A stretch of DNA of 62,325 nucleotides, the filler included, from Squatina squatina (lineage: Eukaryota): the NCBI GenBank assembly GCA_031763465.1. It is 4 parts of 4 records of this genome, joined end to end, with 100 filler letters (N's around TTAATTAATTAA, not from the genome) between each part and the next. Parts side by side here need not be neighbours in the genome. Positions count along the whole stretch, not along the records: positions 48,393 to 62,325 come from JARFOE010000115.1; 3 more parts are not named here. One strand, written 5' to 3'. The translations under genes were made by a program, and so were the position numbers. The notes below the pieces were generated by a model. It did no database searches. It was given only the letters and a program-made list of their open reading frames with translations, and had not been told where the DNA came from. The stretch's first letter is position 1. Each line of letters opens with the position of its first letter. Shown piece by piece: positions 48,393 to 61,866 of this stretch.

Positions 48393-50589
48393 CCTGTGCA
48401 TGTTTGACAAAACTCAGGAATATGAAAATGGAAGTCTGTATATAACGCTCTCCAGATCATCTACTATTCTTTATTTAGTGAACTTTGTTAGAACAAAATA
48501 TTTACAATGAAACTTTCCAAGTGTCCCGGTGCAATTACAGACATTCTGATAATGCCTATTATAACGAAAATGCTGAAATAGTGTTTCAAGATAAAGAGAT
48601 TCCATTGTAAGCTAATGTTTCTCTTGTAGACCTGTACAATCTGGGAAAATAGAAAGCCTGTTCTTGTAATGTTATTTTGAACCACTCTCACAACTCTGAC
48701 CCTTATAATCAGCAACTGAGCCATTNNNNNNNNNNAGTAGTAATACCATCTACAGCACCAAGTGCCTTCAATTTAGTCACCAACTGTTGAGTCCGAGACA
48801 GTCAAATAAAAAGGGGGTAATGACATTAATATCACAAGATAATACATAAACTTCAACCTAACTCAGAAAATATATCAATCAAATCAACAGGTGGCTTACA
48901 TTAAAGTCTCTGGTGAAGCCTCGTCTAATAAAAATATTGAGCCTGCATTACATCAACAATATGTTATATACATTGACACTGAGTACAATCCCAGTCTGCT
49001 TTTATTTTTATAATATATACAGATTTCCAACTACCTTCCCCCTTTAATCTCATACAGATGAGTTAAAGATNNNNNNNNNNNNNNNNNNNNNNNNNNNNNN
49101 NNNNNNNNNNNNNNNNNNNNNNNNNNNNNNNNNNNNNNNNNNNNNNNNNNNNNNNNNNNNNNNNNNNNNNATACCTGAATCAACTTAAACCCCATAACTA
49201 CTAACCCTTAATTACCATATTCTCACTCGTCTCCAACTTATTCTAATGCTCACGCCACACTGAATAGTTTCTTGGCCTAAGCCACTTTAAAGGGATTTTG
49301 ATGTCTCCTTTGGGAGTTTTTTTTTTGCAGGCTGACTTCTTTCATGAAACATTTAATAACAGCCCACTGCAAATCTGACATGATGTACTTATTGCAGTAG
49401 TTGCCAATTTTAGTTGAATTTTTAAAATGTGTTCAGGGCCCACATGATTTCTGATGAGTTGACATCATTTCAGACTGATATTGGCATTGCAGACATTGAA
49501 AGTTTCTCCAGGTCTAATTTCAATTGCCTAGAGGGATGCGGGAGGAATATTCCAGATATTTTTCCCTCAATTTGCCTTGGGTTTTTGATCTGATTTTTGC
49601 CACTCCCAGGAGACTGCATGGCACCTCGAGGGTAAGGAGTCTCTTGATGCGAAGCTTATGGCATCACAACTGAACGAGACAGGCTAGATGGACCAGATGG
49701 TCTTTTCCTGTCCGTTTTTTTTCATATGTTCATATTCCGTAATTTATTTGGTCTGAACGTAAGGCCTGCTCCACTCAGGGTTACTTGATCTACATATGGC
49801 CCAATCAGCGGTCCTTAAAGGGCCCTTAAGAGACTGCCACCAAAAAGTATTAAAAAAAAACATTTTTCTTAATGTGGAGCTGAGAGGAGCAGCAGTGTTT
49901 TGGAATATTCTCCAGACAAGGTAGTGGAGACAAAAATATTACAGCTGCTCAAAATGCAGCTGGATGATATTGTGGGAGAATTATAGCACTGGAGGGATAT
50001 ATTTGATGGGTCAAATGCATTTTTCTTGTCCTTAACTTTTCTAATGTTCTTACAAATAAAGCCCTCCTATACAACGGCAAGATTCTTGTGTGACACAAGA
50101 CATTGTTCCATGCCCGTTTGTAACACAAATTGGCCATACAAGCACATCCGACATTTCAACAAAGCAACTCTAGTCATGTTATGTATCTCATCCTCCAACT
50201 TTATTACTTAATCAAAACAAAGAAAATTATCCAACAAGATTCTGAGCACGCATTCAAAATTTTTACATTTGTATTCGTTATCTTAGGCCTTTCTCCTATC
50301 AAGGCATCCTTCTTTACTGCCTCCCACATTTCAACCAGCATCCTATTATAAATCTTCATTCTCCCTGGTGTTGCATTGTAATTCTTTCCAGGTGAACCAC
50401 ACCATAAATACTGTCATCTATTGTCAGAATCTTGGCGCATCTGATTTTTCCAGGACAGAGCAGTGAGCTTTGCCAACTGAATGACTAGAAAATATCAGAT
50501 GTTTTGAACCTTTTCCAAAATATGTTCCTTCAGGACATAAAATGTATCATGAATACGCTTTCGTTACGCTTCCAAATCTGGACACCCCC

Positions 50590-51709
50590 CCAGAGCAGAG
50601 CAGTGAGAGCAGAGCACAGGCAGAGTTTGATAAGTGATGTCAGGAATCAAAAAGTGACGTCGGCACAGAGGAAGGAGCTGATTGGTGAGTAGCTGGTGAG
50701 TATTTCTACTTGCTTGTCTCTAGTTTATAGTAAATATTCTGTAAAGTAAAGTTAAGGCATGGCAGGGCAGCTCAGCTGCATGGAATGAACATCCTGTGCC
50801 ATGTGGGAAGTTGTGGACACTTTCAGTGACCTAGACGAACACTGTGCAGGAAGTGCCGCCAGCTGCAGCAACTTGAACTCCGAGTTTCGGAGCTGGAGCG
50901 GCGGCTGGAGTCACTGTGGTGCATCCACGAACTTCGTGGATATCACGTTTAGGGAGGTGATCACACCGCAGCTTAAGAGTGTGCAGGCAGAGGGGGAATG
51001 GGTGACCGCCAGACAGACTAGGAGGACCAGACAGGTAGTGCAGGAGTCCAGAGACCAACTCGCTCATTAACCAGTTTTCTGTGATGGTTCCTCAGGAGAG
51101 TGCAGCCAGAGTCAACTCCATGGCACCACGGGTGGCTCAGCTGCACAGGAGGGAGGAAGAAGAGTGGAAGAGCAATAGTGATAGGGGATTCGATAGTTAG
51201 GGGAAAAGACAGGCATTTCTGCGGCCGTAGACATGACTCTTCCTGGTGCCAAGGACAAGGATGTCACTGAGCGGCCGCAGGACATTCTTAGAGGGGAGGG
51301 TGAACAGGCAGAGGTTGTTGTGCATATCTGTACCAATGATATAGGTAGAAAGAGGGATGAGGTCATGCAAGCAGATTTGAGAGAGCTAGGAAAGAGATTA
51401 AAAAGCAGAACCTCAAAGGTAGTAATCTCAGGATTACTCCCAGTGCCACGTGCTAGTGAGTACAGAAATAGGAGAATAGAGCAGATGAATGAGATGGTGC
51501 AGGAGGGAGGCCTTTAGATTCCTGAGGCATTGGGACCGTTTCTGGGGCAGGTGGGACTTGTACAAACCAGACGGGCTACACCTCAGCAGGACCGGGAACA
51601 ATATCCTCACAGGAGAACTTGCTTGTGCTGTTGGGGAGGGTTTAAACTAACAATGCAGGGGAATGGGAACCTGAGAGGCGATTCAGAAGGGAGAGAAACA
51701 AAGCTGGAA
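50590..51709 (+). mobile_element. CR1 LINE 5' UTR and decayed ORF1 (Cys-rich N-terminus plus SGNH esterase-like domain)
   Basis: MAGQLSCME*TSCAMWE, AIVIGDSIVRG, LPGAKDKDV, VVVHICTNDIG and KVVISGLLPVP. Confidence 0.88.
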
Positions 51710-51809
51710 NNNNNNNNNNNNNNNNNNNNNNNNNNNNNNNNNNNNNNNNNNNNNNNNNNNNNNNNNNNNNNNNNNNNNNNNNNNNNNNNNNNNNNNNNNN
51801 NNNNNNNNN

Positions 51810-52160
51810 GAAATGCTACAAGGACGTCCTCAAAGCCTCACTGAAAAATGCAACATCCCCACCGACTCATGGGAATCCTTGGCTCAAGATCGCCGCAATG
51901 GAGAAGCATCCGTGAAGACGCCAACCGCTTCGAGTTTCTCCGGTGGGAGCACGCGGAGGCCAAGCGCAGGCTGTGGAAGGAGCACGCGGAAACATGAGCA
52001 TCCCACCCTCTCGCCCCACCAAATACCACCTGCCCCACCTGCGGTCGTGTCTGCGGATCCTGCATTGAACTTTTTAGCCACCTCAGAACCCACAACTCCG
52101 GAGTGGAAGCAAGTCATCCTTGAACCCGAGGGACTGCCTAATGGATGAATGAATGAATGG
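51810..52160 (+). mobile_element. RTE-clade LINE 3' end
   Basis: YKDVLKASL, IPTDSWESLAQDR and CPTCGRVCGS...SHLRTH, with a (GAAT)n tail. Confidence 0.85.
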
Positions 52161-54200
52161 TTAGAGGTGAGTAACTAATAGATGTGTGGCTCTTGTTCTG
52201 AATGACTTTACCTTTGAGCTAAAACCCTGTGGTCAACTAACTTGGCCCTCAACATGTGTTATTTCATATAAAGTACAGATTGTGCTTTCCATTATTGTTT
52301 CAGTTGTAAAAAAAATACAGAAGGGTGACTGACTTTACACAGAAGGCAGCTTTGACTGAGCAATGATGGATAGAGTGAAATCACACATGCAGGAGAGCAA
52401 TGGCACTCTGACAGTGGAGTTGCAAAAACATGACAGAAACAATAATTAACATTCACTTTAGTGGGATAGATTTTCATGTAATATAAGCGAAAAGAATACC
52501 TTTTTATGATGAGGAAGACATCAATCAGGGGCACAGAGTGCCCCAGTGAAGGGGCTGTGTTTGGAGGGGAGAGTATCTCGGCAGTCTCTGCTACCTCCTG
52601 TCGGCTACAGAGGATATTGGTGCTGACCAAGGAGAACATGATCTGTTTACTTTCACCACAGGCATCAGACCGAGGATGGAGAAAGCAGGACAAACAACAC
52701 AAAATAAAGGAGGTAAACCTACCCAAATACCTCAATTAAAATAAAGTTAAAAACTGATGTCTTCTAAATCTAATTTTTTTTATGAATCTATTCATAAAAA
52801 TGAAAAACATTTGGGGAAAGGAATAAGAATAATAAGTTATCATTTCTTCACAGGTCCGGACAGTGTTGAGATAAACAATTAACTAAAAGGAATTTTGTAA
52901 GAAAGCTGCACGGCATTAAAGGGTCAGCATATACATTTTGTTTTTAATACTTTTGACATAGAGTCTGGTCTACATTGACTGTGCATGGCATTCCCTTTCT
53001 TTAAAGCACAGATTAATAATAACCAATTTGCAGGTTATAAAGTATAAAACATCCCTTCACTACCTTTCAAACATTGCACCAAGCCAGAAGACAACAAAAA
53101 GAAGTTAAACATTTCCAGGTCACACATGTGTCATCTTGTATATATCTTTATATTTTATCTCTCATTCTCTGGCTCCTTTTGGACCAGCGTCCATTAAGGC
53201 AGTGTGTTTGTTTTAATAAACACAAAAGTCAGANNNNNNNNNNNNNNNNNNNNNNNNNNNNNNNNNNNNNNNNNNNNNNNNNNNNNNNNNNNNNNNNNNN
53301 NNNNNNNNNNNNNNNNNNNNNNNNNNNNNNNNNAAAGAATAGCGATATTCCAAACCATATCTTGTAATAAATAAGAAATCGGTAGAGCTCACATTAAGCG
53401 GCTAAGTGAATTCGCAAGGAATCTTCCATGACCAGGGTCAAGTAAAAGTGTATTTTTAGTTTAATTTATGAGGAGATTGTCACTGCAGTGTAAACACTCT
53501 GCTGAGTTAGCCTGTGGAGGAGTGCTCAATAACATCAGGGACCCACCCTGAACCCTACTGAAATACTGTCCCTATCAAGACTGAAATTTACCAGGCTTCA
53601 CTGACTCTAATGAAAATATCCTCAAGTCATCTGACTACTGTCACATGCCCAATAATTAAAGATAATTTTACATTAGAAAAAAAGCTATCCCTTTAATGGT
53701 GCTGCGAGTCTATGCAATAATTAGCTGAACCATATTGGCCCCAGTTCCATCCTCAGGTCTGTGCTGAGTTAACTGCTGAAGAGCAGAAGGGATGCTAAAA
53801 TTAGCCTCAATGTTCTTTGGTTAGGGTGGGAAAATCTGCTAAAGCTTCCACTCCTAACTGCTACTCAGCAACTTCTGCTGGAAATAATGTCTAGACATTG
53901 GTTGCACACAGGCTTGGCTGTGATGCCCCCTGCAATTGAATGGTTTGCCACTTCTCATTGTCGAGGCTTGGGCATGACAAATAACCAGTTGAGCAAGGTA
54001 CTGAAGTGTGACCTTAGGTATGAAGCTAAACCCCCAGCAAGGTGCCAATATCTTCAGAAGACAGGAGGGAAGAAAGTTGGTGAGAAATTTAGCAAAGAAA
54101 AGTGCGATAACTAAGCTCTCAGGACTTTCTGGAGCACGCAGTTTTAGCTGTTCCATAACAATAAAATATTTACTTTTGTGACTATCAAGCGAGGGATGTA

Positions 54201-54891
54201 GGGCTAGAAATTCATCTTGGTCCATTTTCAAGCCTGAAATAGGCAGCGCGCTGGGAATAAGAGGCCCAAGGCTCACCCGATATTGGACCTTGGGCCTCAT
54301 CAGCATATTGCCTGCGAGCTGTAGACACCAATAGGGCATCCAGAGGCAGCTCGCCTATTCCGTGAGCATGAAGTTGGGCCGGCTGTCTCCCTGCCATTGG
54401 CCCTCAGATAGGTCCTGGGCAGAGTGAGGTGACCAGGAGGGAGGGATGGAGGCGATCGGGATAGGCGGGAGGTGATCAGGAGGGGGCCGGCAGTGGAACC
54501 GGGAGGGGCACAGATAGGATGCTATCATGGAGGCCAAGCACTCCTGCTCATCCCAGCTCCACATTCAGATAAGTGTTTTTTTTTTATTTAACTTTCTGGT
54601 GGTGGCCTCCAGTGATCCCTTTAAAGACCACTGGAAAGGTCACATATGGACATGCTTATCCTGAATGCAATAGACTTGGCACCAGTTGCGTTCAGGCAGC
54701 CCAATTTCAGGAAGGGGTCTCAAACTGCTGTTAGGCCCCCTATTTGCAATGCAAAGAGTCTAATGCATGTTTCAAGTACAAGCCCTGGATGCCTATTCTG
54801 GAGCCTTGCACATGTCACATGCCATATTGAATGCTTAAGAATCCATTTTACACCTGTAAAATTGGCACAGCATGAACAAATTTCTAGGTCG
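54201..54891. mobile_element. MITE-like element with imperfect TIRs and TA flanks
   Basis: TA|GGGCTAGAAATT ... AATTTCTAGGTCG|TA, with weaker inverted similarity continuing ~45 bp inward. Confidence 0.65.
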
Positions 54892-57800
54892 TAATCTCTG
54901 AGAATGGAGCACTTTTCCGTTTGTTACATTTTGTGTCAACATTGAGCACTTTCAGGAGAGATTGGATGGAAAAAGAAGGTCCTTGTACCCTCCCTCAAAA
55001 ATGTGCCTTCACCCAAACCTTAGACATGCATTTCCNNNNNNNNNNNNNNNNNNNNNNNNNNNNNNNNNNNNNNNNNNNNNNNNNNNNNNNNNNNNNNNNN
55101 NNNNNNNNNNNNNNNNNNNNNNNNNNNNNNNNNNNAGCTGCTAAAGAAGCAAATAAAATAATCAAGTGGTTTTCTGGTCATTTATCCGTACATTTTATTT
55201 GTTTTGAAATTTACCCTATTATTCAATAGGATTAAAGTGTATCCTTTTTATTATTAGTATTCTTCATATTTAATTTGTCAGAAGAGTGAATACAAAACAC
55301 AAAGTATGGATTTCATATTGTTATTGCTTTATACAAGAAGACAGAGGCATATGCAAGCCAATAAGTAAGTGGTTTAAGAAAACCAAGAACATAGCATGTA
55401 ACAAACCATTCATGTCACCTTATAACATTATGCCATCCAGTATTTCATAGAAGCTATAGGTTGAAAGCCAATAAATAAAGCTGGGCTTTTTGGTTTCTGC
55501 AGAATCACACCTAGATTGAAATTGCTACTTTACATTCTGACATGTGTTATTGCTGCTGTAAGTTACAGCATGTATGTTGTCTTTAATGTTCTTGCATCAA
55601 CAAGCTTTCCTTGATTTTAAGGAAAATATTTCTTCCCTTATTAATATTATCCTTTATTCTGTTTTTAAAAAAGATGTCCTCCCCTGACTTTATATAACTG
55701 CTGCCCTAATTTTTGTTAACAATGAGTTTATCTTTACTGTCCTAATCACCTGTATATTGTTTATGGATTCCAGCATAGGTATTTGGTCTATGCATGTATC
55801 TTTATGGGTGGGTTGAAGTGGAGCAGAATAATCTTTCCAAATGTAAGTGAAACATCTTTCTGCAGCTATACACATTCCACACAGTGAAAAGCTTGTCCTT
55901 CAACATTTCAGTCTGCAAAATTTCCTTTTAAAGAAATGCAACGCAATGTAATGAGGAACAGATTGGCAAATAGCCAATTTAAATGATTGAGTGCGATATA
56001 GGACTATGTTATACTACACCTAGACATCGTTTATTAAGCACCAGCGCTCTCGGCAAAAGTTGAATACTTGTAGGCAAAGCTGGTTGGAATAAACAGACTG
56101 CTTCATATGCAAGTGAACTGCAAGGATGTTTGACAAATTTTTACGTGTGTATGGATGAAGTACAGCTTTATTCGTGTCATTTTTGTCACTGAGGTAATGG
56201 AATAAAGTATTTCAGCACAAGCTACATTTATACGGTATGTGTTTTCAGATGGACTTTTTCATGAAGAGCACGCCTCTTTAAAGAGTGTCGAAATGGCCTG
56301 GGTTTAATTTACCACGTGGCAGGAATGCAAACACTATTTGTCCCACAGCACAATATGCGGTATTTTGCTCTCAGCAGAGAGTTTATGTTCTGCTACGCAA
56401 GGGGGAGGGGAACATTCAGCTCCTGGATCTTCTGCTAGTTTACGCAATTCACATCAGCTGGGAGTTGCCATTAGCTTAATTCAAAAAGTATAAAACATTT
56501 TTTTAAAGTTTTGTTGACTTCTCTCTTCCAGCCTGACAGCAGTCTAGTTAGATGATTCTCGGTTTTCTCTTCTGAGCTTAAAAATATATATTTAGTTTAA
56601 GAAAACACAAAACTTGAGTGGTCAATAAGCTTTTTCTCTGTCAGTGATGTTTGACGTTCTTCTGCCATCAACTGTGGCTAAGACACTGGAGTTCAGCAAA
56701 AGCTCATGTAATTCTTTGAACACATTTACATTGCAGACTGAGGCCAGCACTTGTACCATTTCTGTGGAAAATTCAGCTCCGTATTAAGCAGAACAAGAGA
56801 GCCTGAGATGAACAAATCATAACTGCATTAGTCTTGGCAGTTAAAGCACTGCTATCTCCACAGCAGAATCTGCTAGACCAATAATCATTTTTCCTGTGTT
56901 ATGGCATTCAGTTGACAGGAGTTGTTCACAAATGAGTCCTTGTGGATGAGAAAGGCAGTAGCCATGTGACTGCAGGGTGATCGATTGGTGGTTTGTTTAC
57001 TGAAACACATCCTCATTGAGGTTTGCCAGAACATTGGAAATGAGCAGAAAGGAGGACTGCAGCTGTCGCACTGTCCCGTGAGTCTCTTGGCCCAAGTTCT
57101 AATAGGCACATGAGTAATCTGGTATTACCTTGACATAAACAATGAGGTCCAATTAACACACTGTGACTGAGGCCTAGCAGGTGTACAGCTGGAAGATGAG
57201 CACAGATGCAACTCAACAACAACAACAAAAATCACTGATCCCATATCCATTCATACTTTTAAAAAGATGACTTTTCCCTGTCCCTCTCCAGTTTTCTCTG
57301 AAGGCATGCTGGAATATGGTTCCATGGTGCCAGCCATCTCCCACTACCTTACCGTGAGCATAGGCAGTGACCACCTGCAGGGATTTCAACCATAAGGCAC
57401 ATTAAAGCCAAGCCTGTTCCAGTTGTCATCCAATGTCCACATATACTTTTTCCAGCTGGAGNNNNNNNNNNNNNNNNNNNNNNNNNNNNNNNNNNNNNNN
57501 NNNNNNNNNNNNNNNNNNNNNNNNNNNNNNNNNNNNNNNNNNNNNNNNNNNNNNNNNNNNNATGTAAAATAAGATACAATAGCTATTTTAAACATGCATT
57601 GGCATTGTCCTACCTGCCCCCTCACCCACAAAAAAATGTAACATAAGATCCAAATGATAGCACATAGAAAGTTAAACAACGTATTCTGTAGCTTTGAAAT
57701 AAAAATTAAGCCTACACAGGTCCTAGAAAGAATTAAAAGCAGAAGTCATGTGACAACACACAAGACTGAAGACTGAGTCGCAGTCGCAACATCACAGTGT

Positions 57801-59206
57801 GGTTTATTTCCCAGTAAACCACTGCTCACTGTTTATCTAGTCCTTAGTACAGTCAGTGAGCGCATCCAGCACTGACTCCAGGGAGAAATAAACTACCAAA
57901 ATTAATTAACTGCTGGAACCACTGAATGGCAGTATAAAAAAATACAATATACATTAGGGAGAAGTGCCTCAGAACAAAGAATCTATGTAAACCACCTGCA
58001 GCAACTGACTTGCGCCCTCTGCGAAAATCATTAGAAGCTCGGGTTTCTTGTGAATTAGAAGGGCTTCTTTAAGTAGCAAATTGAGAAAAATCTAAAGAAT
58101 AAAAAAATGCAAGTTTTTAAAAGGACAAAAAAAGCGCTGTGTGTGCATGTCACTGACTAAAAGAGGAAGAATGGGAGAAACATGTGGCTTAAAACCAGCA
58201 CCTTATATGTTGTAGATTTCTAACTGTCTGTGAGGCAGTTGGAGGCAGGTGGTTGGTCAGCATTTTAAGCAACTGCTGAAGCTGTTCACAGAAATACTGT
58301 TTTTTTCCCCAGAGAGAGTTTAGCAATAATAATAAATGAAGTATCTCAATGCATGGTGAACTTCCTATTTTTATGGCTTATTTTCCCCTTTCACAATTTG
58401 GTACCACTGCATCAGCTATTTTCACTTCTTTTAAAATTATAGAAATATCACCCCTCCCCCTCCTCCACCCAAATCCAGTCTCNNNNNNNNNNNNNNNNNN
58501 NNNNNNNNNNNNNNNNNNNNNNNNNNNNNNNNNNNNNNNNNNNNNNNNNNNNNNNNNNNNNNCCCAAATCCATTCTCAGCTGTTTGGGACGTAGACATAC
58601 AAGCACGTAACACTGCTGTGCACTGCAAAGAATTGGAGAACACCGCAGCTGGAGTTGAATACAATGATAGGGAACTGAATTAATATTGGCAGAGATAAGT
58701 CATTGACCTTAAGTACTTCAGTGAGCTTGTCATCAGCTAGATTAGTTATTTCAGCTCATTCAGTCCAATGGGCTTGGTAAATCCTCAAAGCCAAATCTCC
58801 AATGAGTTGATTAAAACCTATTGTGTATCTAACAAAAAAAACTCAGAAGTATAGGTGGAAACAGAAATGAAGGATGTTAGTTACTAACTCCTTGTAAGTG
58901 TTTTTCTTTAATAGAAGTCCTAACCACAATGGTTGATACTTTTCAAGGATCATTTAAATGCTTCATGCCAATAAAAGTTTATAAAATAGACCAGTATAAT
59001 TTGCTATTTCATTTTTAATAAAGTAGTTTATGTTTTATCTGATTAAGGCAGTGTTCAGCTGGAAAAACTCTTTCATTTTAAAACCTCAATTTAGAACTTT
59101 TACAAGCGATTAATGGCACCGTAATCAAAAGTGCCTCAAAAGCAAAGACATTAAACTTGTAATCATTTATCCGAAGAAACAGTTCTCCTTCTGTCATTCT
59201 TCACTC

Positions 59207-59336
59207 CTACTGCTCAACAATCATGTACACAGGATCCCCTACTCGAATCACTCCTGGTTTGTCAATCCCATAGTGTGAGCCAAACACAGGGACAGTGCTG
59301 TAAATGTGTTTCTCAGCTGGGTCGCACTGGCGGTAC
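59207..59336 (-). CDS. MTARC2: Mitochondrial amidoxime-reducing component (mARC, MOSC domain), last coding exon
   Basis: CTCTGTTCTTTCAG|G then YRQCDPAEKHIYSTVPVFGSHYGIDKPGVIRVGDPVYMIVEQ*. Matches the mARC C-terminus YR.CDP...P.FG...VGDPVY. The paralogue (MTARC1 or MTARC2) cannot be resolved. Confidence 0.88.
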
Positions 59337-61287
59337 CTGAAAGAACAGAGAGTTGCTGACATAGGCAATACTCACAATCTCCTTCATACCAAAAAAAGTG
59401 ACATAAAATACACCAATCCATTTTTAGATACAAACAAAATTCATCCAGACAGCATTAGTGTAAATAGTAAAGGCAACTCGTATGAACATCTGTTATAAGA
59501 ACTAATTTATAAGACAATCCCATTTTTGGTAATAGTTTTAAATCCTAGGACCACAATAATTAATCTATATACCATATGTTTCTTTGTTCAACCCCACCAC
59601 AGCAATGTGTTCATGAACTTTCCATACTTGTTGCAATACTTCAGTTGCGCTGTCGATGGCAGGCTAATACAGTCCGGGTTCCACAGCACTAAGATATCTA
59701 CTTTATTTGGCAGCATGAGGCAGAAGTTAGCACCACCAAATGAATATAGATAAAAATTAAATGCCTTTCCAACACACTTTCACAATGGTACCATAGTGAT
59801 TACAACAAAGTACCAGGAAGGACTGTGCTAACATGGGAAGTCAAAGGGACTATTTCATCCAGATTAAAGGGCGGCATTGTTAATTCTGACAAATTGCATT
59901 AAAAGTAAGAGTCCACAAAAAGATGTGTTTTTAAATGGATTGAATGTCAGCATACTACTACTTTTCTGATGCTTCTCAGTGGGTCAAGTTTTTTTAAATT
60001 CTGTGGCAGCGCTTCACATGCTACAATAATAGAGAACAGCCTGTTCCTAAGCCACTCTAATGGCACTGCAAACATGTGCCACAGGGGAAAGGTGAATAAA
60101 TTCCAAACTACATTTACCCCATAATCCCTAAGGTGCCACCAATCAGAAAACTCATTCTGGTCGTGCCTGCTCTGCTGGGTAACCTCATTAACTTATGAGC
60201 TATTGGAGAACCAGATGTTATGCAAAAAATGTCATAAGTTTAACCGAGGCACTTTAATGACAGAACCAGCCTAATGCCCTATGATTTGATTGGCTAAGAA
60301 ATATGACTCAATTTTTAGCAAGTCAACTCCTTCATAGTTCAGAATGCCTTGGCATCCTTTGATCAAGACCAAGCTATAAGGTGGATTTGTGGCAAAAAGT
60401 GGAAACAGTTGCAGGAAGGGCTGTATCCAGGACTCAGTATCTACCATCAATGTGTTGGAGAGAAGAAAGAAGTTATTGCTGAAGTCCTACATCTCTGTTG
60501 GGCGGAACCACATTCGATGAATATGGTATGTGTCTGTGCTGTGATCAGGAGGATGGTGATAATAAACTTAAACATCTTATATGTTATGCTGCTCACCAGG
60601 GCACTTATGAAGAGTTCCTGGTTACTGCTATCAATCTAGTGAGTGCTCAACCCCCTTACAACCAATTAACTGAATATTGTCCAGCAGGGGGAGGGGGTCA
60701 TAACTCCAAGATGTTTCTCCTCACTTGGCTCCAGATAACCCTGCAAACCAATTCTTTTATGGGTTGGGTGATCCCGACTGGACAAGCAGCAGAAAGCTGG
60801 CCAATGCTCTGTGATGGTAAGCTGCATAGTTTTATTTGGCTAAACGCCAGCTGTATTTCTAGCAGGGTTTAGCACCTGAATTCATGAGGATTATGATAAT
60901 ACACTCTCACATCTCAGGTTTGCAGCAGTGGTAATGGCCGCCAGCTGAGGAGTCTTCTGGCTTCTGTCCAAAAACTAAAGGCACCTAACTTTTTGGGCCC
61001 TCCATATCCTTACTGCTTTCTCCTTGCACATGCTATGAGCTGAGCAGGGTTGAATGCAAGCCTGAAGCCTACTTCTTCCCAGGTGCACTTCCTTATGGGC
61101 ACTCAATCACTCGAGGTTGAGGCAGGAGAATAAGTCAGGACACGGCGGCATGTCCTCTGCCTCTGCATAATTTCCATTCTTGCTCTTNNNNNNNNNNNNN
61201 NNNNNNNNNNNNNNNNNNNNNNNNNNNNNNNNNNNNNNNNNNNNNNNNNNNNNNNNNNNNNNNNNNNNNNNNNNNNNNNNNNNNNNN

Positions 61288-61560
61288 ATGCTGCTTTATG
61301 GATAAACATTGGCCAGGGCACCAGGGAGAACGCCCCTGCTCTTCTTCAAAGGGTGCTACGGATCTTTTACGTTCACCTCAGAGAGCAGACGGGGCCTCAG
61401 TTTAATGTCTCATCCGAAGGACGGCACTTCCGCCAGTGCAGCGCTCCCTCAGTTCTGCACTGAAGTGTCAGCCCAGATTTTGCGCTCAAGTTTCCAGAAT
61501 GGGATATGAACCCATGACCTTTTGATTCAGAGGCAAGAGTGCTTCCACTGAGCCACAGCT
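61288..61560 (-). mobile_element. tRNA-headed DeuSINE (SacSINE1-like)
   Basis: Minus strand shows box A TGGCTCAGTGG and box B GGTTCATATCC, then the Deu core GTGCCGTCCTTCGGATGAGACATTAAAC...GTAAAAGATCC. Confidence 0.85.
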
Positions 61561-61725
61561 CTACATGCCTTATACTGGTTAGGGTGTAACCCCAAAATGA
61601 TCCACTTTACACATCACTATATTCTCTGCAAGATTCTCTGGGCACCCATGATTGATTCTAAAACATGAAGTACAAACTACATTAATTTCTGTTCATTTCC
61701 CTGCAAAAGTAAGTAAACTCTTTAC

Positions 61726-61866
61726 CTCTGCATATGGTTTGCAATCCTTCACTACTACCACAGGCCTGAAATTCTCCATCTTAACTTTTTTCACCAACTT
61801 GGTGTTAAAATCTTCTACAGTCGCCTCAGACATCATCATGCAGGAACTGGTATCATTGTAGACAGT
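61726..61866 (-). CDS. MTARC2: mARC internal exon (equivalent to human exon 4)
   Basis: CTAACTTTTCTATTCCCTGTTGTAG| TVYNDTSSCMMMSEATVEDFNTKLVKKVKMENFRPVVVVKDCKPYAE |GTAAAG, 141 bp, phase 0-0. Aligns without gaps to mARC Y.D..P...SEAS..DLN..L.KK....NFRPNIV...C..YAE. Not present in the supplied ORF track. Confidence 0.88.

Noticed and set aside
59628-59700. Possible MTARC penultimate exon
   Set aside because: It has splice-like ends but is ~70 bp, is not frame-preserving, and lacks the expected CILTTVDPDTG-type sequence.
60349-60872. Overlapping + strand ORFs (96 and 124 aa) in the MTARC intron
   Set aside because: They have non-ATG starts, no recognisable homology and no convincing splice signals.
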